64,000 nucleotides of DNA, taken from positions 186,001 to 250,000 of the forward strand of contig BQFW01000011.1 of the NCBI GenBank assembly GCA_020891255.1. Reading direction: 5' to 3'. The stretch is from Entomortierella parvispora E1425. Lineage: Eukaryota > Fungi > Mortierellomycota. Every line of letters begins with the position of its first letter. Positions within the stretch are counted from its first letter, which is position 1. The notes beneath the pieces were generated by a model that was not told the origin of the DNA, searched no databases, and saw nothing but the letters and a program-made list of their open reading frames with translations. The position numbers and the translations under genes were made by a program. Shown here in pieces: positions 9,416 to 20,006 of this stretch.

Positions 9416-12400
9416 GGACGAAATGGTGCTAAAGGGATTCTTTCTTGATCCTGAATAGCAGAAAACCCCGATATGCCAATGCACACGCATGCTTGCGTGT
9501 CCCGAGGTCGAGTTGTATAGCCATTCTTGAACGCAGGGCATGCCGTGTTGTCGCACTCTTTTGACCCGTTCACTAGTACGGTGTTGACCGTCTTTCCCTT
9601 ATCAGTTGTGACTAATCTCCTTGAGCGTGCCGAGTGAGTTTTCTTAAAGCAGAAGCAGCAACGTTGGGTCGACATGTACTCATCAGTAACAACCACGGTT
9701 CCAACCTGGCGATGTTGTTTCCTGATATTCTTGCCTCCTAGGCGGTAATGCCCACCAATTCTAGACCCCACACCAGTACCGGCGGCGCCCATGAATATCA
9801 CATGGCGAACGACTGGGGTAGTCTTCACACAATAGGAGGGGTGGCTGTATGGAGCTGGTATACGGGACTTGGATATTTCGACGCGCTCGCAATTGGAGCA
9901 ATAGCCTGTAGATTTGTCCACACATGGTTCGCCACGCATGTCTTCAGCCAGTCTGTTGATCGTATATTCTGCGGATCTGGAACGCAGATTACTGGTGACT
10001 TTGGCCCAAGATCTCACTGTCCGGTGTCTACAAGTTCGACGAAGCTTGATAAGCTCGGGATCTCCATTAAGAGCCTGCAGGTGAGCACTCAGTCCTTCAA
10101 TTGATCCGCGAGCGTTCATGGCTTGCTGGACACGGTCGAGAGTGGAGGCTGTCGCGAGAGATGAATCCGGGTCCGAAAGCATTTGTAGATCAGCCTTTGC
10201 CTGCTTGTGCTTGTCTGATCTGAGCAACTGCTCTCGTTTTTTGCGAAGTTTTCGTGCAAATGAGATATCGTCAACCTGGCGTGCTGTTATCCGATGAGCC
10301 TTGGGCAGTTTCATACCCTGTACAGCCTTTTTGGCATGTACACGCTGCTCCATTGTCCACGCCACTGGAACTGCATCCTCCGGCTCAGCCTGGGCCTCCT
10401 CTGGCTCTGGCTCATTGAGGTCTATAGACACATAAAATTAGAACTGTGTTCAATAGTATTGAAATCCATGCCTGTCACGTATGATGAGACTCACCTGCCA
10501 GTAGCTGAAATCTGTTGACTGATTCGCGTATTCCCTCCACGGTCAGAAAAACATTCTCTGACATCACTCTCACGCCCGGATCTTCGGCCAAGATGGCTAC
10601 TACCTGGGTCCGCTTTGAAATGGGACACGGTTTAAGATGGTGCTCAAATAATGGATCAAGATCCAGGCGCTGCGGAACGTCCTCTGCTTGCGGCCGATCC
10701 CACCTTGGAGAAATCTGAAGAGTCTTGTTTGCGCTGGCCTTGGCTCTCTTCTTTGGGTTGTCCTTTGGTGCCTTTTTCTTCGACATTGCCAAAAGTCGGT
10801 TCCAATAGTAGAGCGCTTTTTTTGATCGCTCCCACGTATCATCAAGTTGCCGGAACCTCCCTTCTTTCTTTCTGAGCGTGGCCTGCTTAACCTTGAGATC
10901 CAACATTAATTGGTTTTTGTGGCCGTCACCTTCACTGCCACCGTTGCTGTAACTCCTAGGCAAGGCTCTGATGTTGCTGTTGAGTTGGTTACAGTCTCGC
11001 CGAAGAGAAACGATCTCCTTACGAGGGCCTTCCCGCTCCTTGGCTTTCATTTCAACGCTTGCTTTGGCTATCTCCACCTGATGCTCCACGTCGCCCTTGG
11101 AAAGACCACTCCGCTCAAATTCAATACGCCAACGTGCAGTCTTCCCGTTTGATAGGCCCTTACTAGCTTTCCTATTATCATCGAAGGCGCTCCTTATTGG
11201 ATATCGAGTATCTCCGATCTGGGGCCCGGACATGTTTAGAGTAAACTCATCGACGAAGGACATTCTAAAATATTTTACCATAACATCGTTAGTCTTGCTA
11301 TGAGCAACTGTGAACTACTTCAGCTGAAACAAGGGATAGTTGCAACATAAATTACCTCGTTCCAAATTGAAATCCGTGCTTCTTGCATATGGCGTCGATT
11401 TTGTCGATATCAAAAAAATTTGCAAAGACTGCCCTTTTTGCCATCAAGGATCCAACGCAGTCTGTTACATTTGTTATAATGCCAAGGTCGCCGTTGATAT
11501 CATACCGTCCACCCATGGGGCCACTGAGCACCTCGTATATGTGGCGAGCGCCCAAGTGCAAGCCGTGCAGTTTTCCTGAAGAGATGACAGGAGACAATCG
11601 TCGAGTGAATTCAACCTGACCTAAAAGACGTAGGATGGCGTTCGATATAAGCACTATTGGAGCGCGAAGGACAATGTGTGGAGTGTGTGGGCGGTAGTCA
11701 TCGTCCTGCGCGTTCCTCCATCGGCGAGGGACATAGGGACGGAGGGCGTTGATGATCTTCTGGGCGACCATGAGCTGATTCTCCGTAAAAGATGTGCCCT
11801 TGTAAACAGTGTCTTTGATGTGGGTCATGGTGAAAGTCGAGCACGGTAGCGGTGATTCAAGCAAGGTTTTAACGATTGCTTGCAGACTGCGAAGCGTTCA
11901 GCGGCTCGGCTCCTTCTCTTTCTCTTCTGGTCCGGAAGCACTTTGATTTTCACCGCATGATATTTCTGTTTCCATCATAAACCCGCCGTCAAGTTCGTTT
12001 AGGAAGTCCTGACTCTCGAAAAGACACAAGTCAAGATCGTCATCGGCGAATAAATCCTCTGGATCGTCATCGGGCAATACATCCTCTGGATCGCCAGCAT
12101 TGCCTAGACCTGTCCCAGAGAGCTGAGTTTCCGAAAGTTTCTGGAAGGATTTGCTGGCGTTTGCATCAGCTGGGAGAGGCTTTTTGGCATAGAGCCGCAG
12201 GAGTGGAACCACAAAATGCTGGAGTTGATCCAGGCGGCCATTGGAATGGTATCGGGCAATGTTATCCATCAGCCTGGACATTGCGTGACGCCATTGGGAT
12301 CGACTAAGACTGTCTGGAATGGCGTCCTTCGCCGCTTTTTTTTCCTCCTTATTTTTGACAGCCTTAATCTTTCGCTCCTTGTGCGCCGCTGCCCGGTTCG

Positions 12401-14385
12401 GAGCCAACCATGCCGACAAAAGGTAACGGAGTAGATAGTCAAGTGCCTTTTCATACACGTTGCCTTCCCACAGATTCTTGATTGCTGTAGAGCATTGGCG
12501 AGTGTGCGCCTCGACAACTGATGAGTAGCCATCCTTGTAGGGAATAGTAACACCTGGCACTTTGTTGTCGATGATTGTCGACAACTCACGCCACTTTGGA
12601 TGGCCGTCGCCGCTCTTAGCAAGAAGTTTGCCCCGGTCGTCTCCATTCTCCTTGAATACTGTGTGCATATTACTTAGATGATTCTGGGAAAGGAGGTTTC
12701 GGATGTCGTTGTGCATGCCAGAGTTCTTGTTTTCAATGCCAGCCTGTTGTGTTGCGACTGGTGCGACGTGGATAATCCTCTGTTCTGGGGAAACGATGTA
12801 CCCTGGCGGGAGAATGTTGGTCAAATCTAAAGTGCTGTCCTGCCCCATACAGGCACCGGCTCCTGCCTGGAAACAACAACAATAAAAAAAAAAGGATCAA
12901 TTGTCTGCAACTACAGCAGCTGATGAAGGGAGCTCACCAGCTGACGATCTCGATGGCCGTTGAATGTCGACTTACCAAGATCGTTCCGATCTGTGCCAAG
13001 AGATATAGCGATCGCTCAACGTCGGTGACGTGCGCCTGTGCCTCATGAAGAAGATTAAGGATTCTGCCGTAGTCCTCGTCATTTGAAAGGCTTGGATGAA
13101 GAATCTGCTTCAAAGTCACCGTGCACGTACGCCAGTCGTCATCATTCTCCTCATCCTCGCCTGCAATAGGTGTCTTGGGCTCTCCGCCTTCATCCGGATT
13201 GGATCCCTTTCGTTTCTTTCCTTTGTCAGGTTCCGGTTGAATGGTTCCCAAATTTTTCTCGCATTCTTCCCATATGTTGTCGAATTTTGCTTCCACAACG
13301 TTGCACCATATTCGTAGGTTGTTCTTGTTGGTTGCTGTAGTAATGTCAGAAGTCACCTTGCTACGTTTCATTGGGTGGTCATTGCGATTGATGTAGATGT
13401 CGGCGGCATCCACAAGAGGACCTTTTGGTAAACTCTTTTGGTTCAATAGTCGTTGCTTGAACTCCTGTTTTCCCTCCACTTCCTTATTTTTGCTGTCGTT
13501 CAGCTTGCCAATATGCTCCTGTATTTTCACTTCCAAATGCTTATAACTAAGGAAGCAGAAAATCATCAACAAAAGTCCTCGTTTACGAGTTCTTGATCAA
13601 TACATACTTGAATATCAACCTTACCATGACTCCTCAAAGCAAACAAGTAATTCAGCCTTCATATTATCGTCCGGCCCTTTCCCATAGTGGATCTTTCGTT
13701 TGTTCGCCCGGAACGTGGCAGCATTGGTAGGTGATGAAACGGTGTCAACAGGAGACGAGTGGTTAACGGAAGACGGAACCAGCTCACTCACAGGAGCCAC
13801 CACTAAATCGTCCACCACCTGGTCCATAGGAGTAAGGATGAAATTGTCGATAGGCACAAGGACTAGATATTCCGAGAATTTCAGAAATGAGTCCACTCTG
13901 TGGAAAAATCCACAAACTCGCGGTTGAGACGGGCCTTCTCTTGTTGGACAATAGACTCTGGGTTTTCCTCGACTGGAAAATAAGAAGATTTTGCAGTTGA
14001 GCCGTTCTGCAAGAAACACGAACAGGAGCTGCGTTCTCATTGGGAGTCCTGATAAAACTGGGTTGTCGCTGGTGTTGACTGATAGCTGCAGGTCGAATTT
14101 ACCGCGTGGCTGCAAGAAATTCTGGGTAATAAAATGAGCCACTGAACTGCTAGGGTCTACGGGGTGAGGATCCGCACGGAGCCCATGGTTGCGAAGAGCC
14201 CACAAAGCCTTTTCCGCCTTTTCGCCACAAGACTGGATCCTTGGGTCCTTGGACGCATTTTCGAGAATATGCATAAAGTTGGCGGATGGTTGTGACCACG
14301 AGGACTGATGACTCTCGACGAGGCGAGAAAAGTCGTGTGGCGGATCGGTCCCAGGGCGCGCCACGACGTCAAGCGTGAATGTCAT
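9307..14385 (-). pseudogene. Giant intron-containing Fanzor (eukaryotic TnpB-like RNA-guided nuclease) gene with one in-frame nonsense codon; the true 5' end probably lies beyond the LINE insertions (ATG 17418)
   Basis: Exons 14385-13625, 13546-12976, 12866-11356, 11264-10495, 10421-9307. GT-AG introns with consistent phases; total 4,728 nt = 1,576 codons. RuvC-I EDPG (D codon 10580-10582), VIFMG, TDEYMST (E 9679-9681), CCFC...CDNTAC zinc finger, RDTQA (D 9499-9501). In-frame TGA at 11898-11900. Confidence 0.85.
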
Positions 14386-14540
14386 TGTTAGGGATGAACT
14401 GGAATCAGTTGGTCAATGAACGAGTCAGCAATCGGTCAACAATGGTGAAGAGTCAAAAACTGAAGGTCGTGGATTCGGCTTATGCCTAAGCCACCGAGAC
14501 ATAAATTGATTTGGGGGACGCGAAGTTGGAAGGTGTCTCT

Positions 14541-16059
14541 TTGGACAACCTCTCCGTCGTCAACAACTTCAACAAATTGGTCAAACACAGAGATAGGGCA
14601 ACTACCAGAGAGAAGATGAGATGCAACCTTGCAATCCAATGGGCTGTCGTTGCCCATGCATGCAACATACGACAGGGCGCGGTTGAGGTCTGCTGGGTAA
14701 AGGGACATAGTGGCGACCCAGGAAACGAGGAGGCAGATAGGACTGCTGTTAATGCGCAAACATCAGACTCAATGCCGTGGACAATCAATCAGTCACACCA
14801 ACAGGACTTTCAGTTTGGGGCACAATTCTTACAGACAAATATTGACACAGACGTCCGCCGCCTAGTTCGCCATCAATCGTGCATCAGGGACCATTGTTCA
14901 TGGATGGCACTGAAGCAAACCAAAAAAATGAACCTGGACAGCAGCGACATACACTGGCAGTCGACCCTCGACATTGTACACAACAATAACAACACAGGAT
15001 CCTTTTATACCTCACCAAGAGATTCGTCGCTACGCAGTCATCGCGTCAAGAAGCTGTGCGGAGTGCTCCCAACCCAAGATCTCCAACACACCCGTCGCCC
15101 AGACATCTACCTCAACGCTCTTTGCCCTTGTTGCGAGGACCAGGACGAGAGCAATGAACACTTGTGGAACTGCGATGCACACATTGCAGCAGAACGAAAG
15201 GTCTGGACCAAGACAATAGAGGCCATTGCAGAATGGGCACATCTGGAAGAGGCACGCTTACGGAGAACATGGGCAAAAGAGCGAGATCGTCACATACAGA
15301 ACCATCTACCTTTCACTAAGGCAGCCCCCAAAATATCAGTACCAAGCGACCGCGCCGTCTGGACCACATTACAACACATAACGGGAACAGTGGAGCGTGC
15401 TCCATGGGATGTCCGGAAAGCAGCTCAGACGGTGGCGGAGAGGGCACTCCAGCAATGGAAGGTGGCTGACCTGTACAGCGGGATCTCACCTCATAGCCTT
15501 ACCCAAGTGTGGAGCAAGCTCTTTAAGACCAACATCACCACGGCCCAAAACCTCGTCCACCGTTTCTGCCGCGCTCTCGAGGAAGGGATTCGAGAGGCAG
15601 TCTGGCTGGACCGTTGCAATAGACAGATTGCAATGGAAAAAGAACAAGCAATCACCAAGAAGATGAAGAGAACACTGCCACCGAGACAACAAGGAGCGCA
15701 AGTCAACCCATGGCGATCCTGAGTCGGAGCACCACCCGCGGAGGATGAGTGCGAATGCGGACAATTACTAGACAACCACAGGAACAACACTTGCCCCGGT
15801 TTTACGGGCGAAGCCATCGAAGCGGATATAATTCTGCTGGACACATATCTAGGTCGGCGACGACCAGCAGTGATGGAAAGGATGGGAAGTTGTAAATTTT
15901 TATTGTCGTGAGGCGACCTAGACCTCGGGTTCTTCTCTTTTTAAAAGAGGAGAGCGACGCAACGGTCGCGTACGGCTCTGGATGCAGAAGCATGCGATTG
16001 AAACAGTGGCTTAGGTCACATTTCTATAGGCCCCTTGTCAATAAAAAAAAAAAAAAAAA
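14541..16059 (+). mobile_element. 5'-truncated non-LTR retrotransposon copy 1 (RNase H C-terminus, Cys/His motifs, 3' UTR, poly(A))
   Basis: WVKGHSGDPGNEEADRTA (RNase H), CPCCEDQDESNEHLWNC, and C-terminal CECGQLLDNHRNNTC after an in-frame TGA at 15720-15722. Poly(A) at ~16043-16061. Flanked by the exact direct repeat AAGTTGGAAGGTGTCTCT (14523-14540 and 16060-16077). Confidence 0.85.
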
Positions 16060-16077
16060 AAGTTGGAAGGTGTCTCT

Positions 16078-16102
16078 CCAGGCCCCTTGTCAATAAAAAA
16101 AA
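16078..16102 (+). mobile_element. Minimal 3'-end-only copy of the same non-LTR element
   Basis: GGCCCCTTGTCAATAAAAAAAA is identical to the 3' end of copy 1 (16029 onward) and lies between two copies of the target motif. Confidence 0.6.
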
Positions 16103-16123
16103 GAAGTTGGAAGGGTGTCTTCA

Positions 16124-17348
16124 CAACGTACCATGGACAATCAATCAATCGAATCAACAGGACTTCTACTTTGGCGCACAATTCCTGCGAACGAACGTTG
16201 ATACCGATGTTCGTCGTCTTGTTCGACATCAGTCATATATCAGGGATCATTGTGCATGATTGGCGCTCAAGCAAACCAAAAAGACGAGCCTAGACAGCGA
16301 CTATATCCACTGGAAGTCCACACTGGACAATGTGCACAACAACAACAACACCGGATCCTTTTATACCAGTCCAAGAGACCCCTCGCTGCGCGGGCGTCGG
16401 GCTAAAAAGCTCCATGGAGTCCTCCCAAGACAAGACATTCAACACCACTGGCGACCATATATCTACCCCCCAGCCCTATGCCCCTGATGCCACGACCAGG
16501 AAGAAAGCAATGAACACCTTTGGAACTGTAAACCACATCTTGCAGACGAGCAGAAGGTCTGGCGCCGGACACTAGAAACCATGGCGAAATGGACACATCT
16601 GAAGGAGGTACTTTTAAGACGGGTGTGGGCTGAAGAACGAGACCTCCACCAACAGAAGCAAGAGCCTTTCAACAGAAAAACACCTAAACTGACGACGCTA
16701 GGCGACCGTGCCATATGGACATCATTGGAGCACATATCAGGCGTGGTCGATCCTGCACCTTGGGATGTAAGCAAGCCAGCTCGTACAACAACAGAGAAGA
16801 CCCTACGCCAATGACCTGTGGCAGATCTCTACCGTAGGATCTCACCCCACAGTCTCGCCCAAGTATAGGGCCAACTCTTCAAGACCAACATCACAACAGA
16901 CCAAAATATAGCTCACCGGTTCTGCCGAGCACTTGAGGGCAGCACCCGAGAGGCAGTTTGGCTGGATCGGAGGCAAATAGCGATGGAAAAAGAACAGACG
17001 GAATTTCCCCCACTGAAACAACCCGGAGAACCGACCACTGCATGGAGAACATGGGCGGGCGCAACACCAGCAGAGGATGAGTGCGACTGCGGCCAAGTGA
17101 TGGACAAACACACGAACAACAAGTGCCCAAGATTTACAGGCGAGAACATCGAAGCGGATATCTTTCTGCTGGACACATATCTTGGCCGGCATTGGCCAGC
17201 AGTGATGGAGAAGATAGGAAGTAGTAAATTTTTATTGTCTTGAGGCGACCCTTGACCTCGGGTTCTCTTCTAACAGGAAGAGAGCGACGCGGCTCTGGGT
17301 GCAGAAGCATGCGATTGTACACACCCTTTGTCAATAATTTAAAAAAAA
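16124..17348 (+). mobile_element. 5'-truncated, more decayed non-LTR retrotransposon copy 2
   Basis: Collinear with copy 1 from WTINQS onward, with multiple stops (16257-16259, 16812-16814, 16866-16868). A-rich tail. Flanked by exact TTGGAAGGGTGTCTTCA at 16107-16123 and 17349-17365. Confidence 0.85.
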
Positions 17349-17418
17349 TTGGAAGGGTGTCTTCATTTGTACACTCTTTTGCTTCGTCGTCGCCGCTCGT
17401 CTGGATATCTAATTCCAT
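17349..17418 (-). pseudogene. Probable displaced 5' coding segment of the Fanzor-like gene
   Basis: ATG at 17418 follows a pyrimidine-rich leader and gives MELDIQTSGDDEAKECTNEDTLP. Removing the LINE array joins this to TSRPPNQFMSRWLRHK at ~14524, in the same frame as the 14385 ORF. Two stops near 14410-14425 would need an intron or further mutations. Confidence 0.55.
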
Positions 17419-17769
17419 TGAGAAGAAGGCGAGAGAGGAAGAGAGGAACTTAGAGAGACTAGGTAAAGAATCAACCACCATCTGAGCACTGCAAGAAGAA
17501 GGATGTCCGGACAACGCCCACGACCAGAGGACGGAATCCGAACTCACGTCAGTCGTCACATGACACGCTTAAGGCTTTAAGGGTCTCTGCAACGCTCCGC
17601 CACGGTGCCCATGGCTCTTCTCCCACAGGTCTTTCCACCGGAAGGAAAACATAGTTTTATTTGTTGTGTTGTGAGGCTCACAGTTATGAAAAATTCTAGA
17701 CATCATGATGGCTCCTTCAAAAGTTATTGCACTTGGAGATATTCTTGTCGGGACTAGATGACTTGCACC

Positions 17770-19100
17770 ATAGACAAAAAAATGTAGTAGTACCGGGAAC
17801 AAAGTGCGCGAGCTTGGCGAGCTTGTCGACAAAGACCGTGATGGCGTTGAAGTTGCGATTTGCTGGAGGAAAGGGCCGATGAAGTCCACGGTGACTACGC
17901 TGATATGGGATCGGAAGGGCAGCCACAGTCCCGCAGGCAGTTCCTGAGATCCTTTGTTCCTTCGACACTTTTCGCAGGGCGGCAACATGGCTCCAGATGT
18001 CCTTGGCGATGTGCGGCCATACACGTAGCGGCGCAGGTTGTCGTTGGTCCTTGAAAGCCAAAGTGTCGTCAGGGGAGAGTGAGAGCATGTGATCCTCTTC
18101 GAAGTAGAGCTCATTGTGGAATGAGTAGCCATGGGCGACTTTGGCAGACAATCCTTCTTGATGGGTCCTAGTAAACGTCATTGGTAATGAGCGTTGGAGG
18201 ATAGAGACAGACTGAGGTTGTCCTTCACAGGGGTCAGGGTCGTGGTCCTCCGGCAGGCACGAGAGAGCTTGTCGACGACTGAGCATAGGATGCGTGGGGA
18301 AGCGACGGTGATCAGCGTGGTCGATGTTGACAGCGTTGCCTGGTAATGTCGAGCATGGACGACGGTTAATAGACAGCTCCTAATGGCAGAGTACATTGTT
18401 CCGTCTAGTTTGATGGTCGATGTGGAGCAGCACTGGGCCCATGGCGACAGCGGATGCATCCGTGATGATGGTCATGAGGTCAGAGTTGATGCTGTTGGTC
18501 CACATGAAGGAAAGGGAGGAAGGGAGCAAAGGAGAAAAGGAGAAAAGAGAGAAAAGAGAGAAAAGAGAGAAAAAGGAAAGAGAGAGAAGAGACTTGTCTC
18601 TTTACTGGTCTTTTTGGTCTTTGATCGGTGTCGAAGGGTTGGATATCTCCATCTGTCCTGTCTGGCTATAATAGGGGGTGGAGGCAGTGGTCCCTGGCGG
18701 ATGTTCTTTAGAGGAAACATCCTTGGGAATTAGACGGATGGTGTCCTGTGGGCCAAGGTGTTGGAGAACGAGGGTGCGCGAGAGAGGCGAGTTTTCTTTC
18801 TTTCTTGGGCAGAGAATGGCATCTCGTGCATGATGAGGAAGGAATGAGAGTCGATATTTCAAGGGGTGCATCCATGCAGGCGAACAGAGGAGAGGCCCAC
18901 TCGACTAGAGCCTTTATTGTTCTGGGCCATGATCAGGTGGAAGTGGTGGCGCACCAGGGCTAGCACCTGCGTCCTGCGCAAGGGCCCGAGGCAGCAGCAA
19001 CGACCTGCCTGGATCGGACATTGCTTCTATGGCGAAGTCCGAGGAGGCAGGTCCCTTCCTCGCTCGGTGGTTGCTTCAAGCGCTCCTCGACGGAGCTTTT
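17770..19100 (-). mobile_element. Ty3/gypsy pol relic (RT, RNase H and integrase N-terminal half)
   Basis: Fragments TDASAVAMGPVLL (RNase H), MLSRRQA, CEKCRRNK..PAGL, TVDFIGP, VFVDKLAKLAHFVPGTTT (integrase). Heavily frameshifted; no LTR identified. Confidence 0.7.
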
Positions 19101-19908
19101 TCTGAGCCAAGGATGATTTCTGTGAGCAACAATTTAGTCGTAGAGGTCCATGCACCGCACCGTGATTGATCGCCTCATCTTGACCAGTAGCACTACTAGT
19201 CTGTTGATGGACTAAATGTAAAAGGAAATAACCAATTCATGTGGCCACACTTTTGCGTTAGTAGCAAGAGCCCGGGCGAAGATTGTGGTGTCGCGATAGC
19301 AAGCCAAGCATTCACGGTTTATCCACGCGGCAGAGGGGCGAATGCCGACAAAGGAAAATCATTGCCTCGGGAGGCAATGTCCTGCAGGTGTTTTTCCCTT
19401 CCCAGCATGATAAAACGCAAATTAGCCACCCAACCAATGTCGCCTTTCCTTGCTGCAATTAATCCTAAATTGTGTGTTTGGAGTGCACTTCCCTTCCAGT
19501 GGTGCGGACATGGTTGAGTTGGGCCAATAAAGGTGAGATGAGGTCTTGTGGACAACACCTGCGACGGTTTGGGCCTCATTAAAGTCCAGCAGACACCCAT
19601 TGCCCCCCTGTGCCTGTGCCTGTGCCTGGTGTGCCTGTCTTCCCTTCCCTGTCTGGGCCGGGCCAGCACTTCTTCCGACCCCTGGCCCTGAGACGTGCGA
19701 TTGTTAAGGTTGAAATTGGGGTGGGACAAGGTCGTGGCCAATGGTAGCGCGGGGTGGCAAATGCAAACCGCAACAGCGTGTGCCCCTTGTCTGTGCCTAT
19801 TAGATTGGATCCTATTGTGTGGAAGGACTCTCCAACGTTCGATCGACTTGTTCGCCCTCATTTCCAGACGATGAACCGCCGATTGATGGCCCTTCGTTGG
19901 CAGTGTGG

Positions 19909-19915
19909 TATAAAA
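19909..19915 (+). promoter_or_regulatory. TATA-like box upstream of the chitosanase gene
   Basis: TATAAAA ~95 nt upstream of the ATG, followed by a pyrimidine-rich leader. Confidence 0.45.
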
Positions 19916-20006
19916 GTCTTTGACCTGTAGTCTTTTCCTTTTTTTTTTTTTTTTATCCTCATTGCTTTCGAGAATCCCCTTCCTCCCCACAAACCCTGCC
20001 TACATC

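Noticed and set aside
15720-16868. Several TGG->TGA/TAG changes in LINE copies suggesting RIP- or APOBEC-like hypermutation
   Set aside because: TGG is the codon most easily converted to a stop by single transitions, and the dinucleotide contexts are mixed. A full substitution spectrum would be needed.
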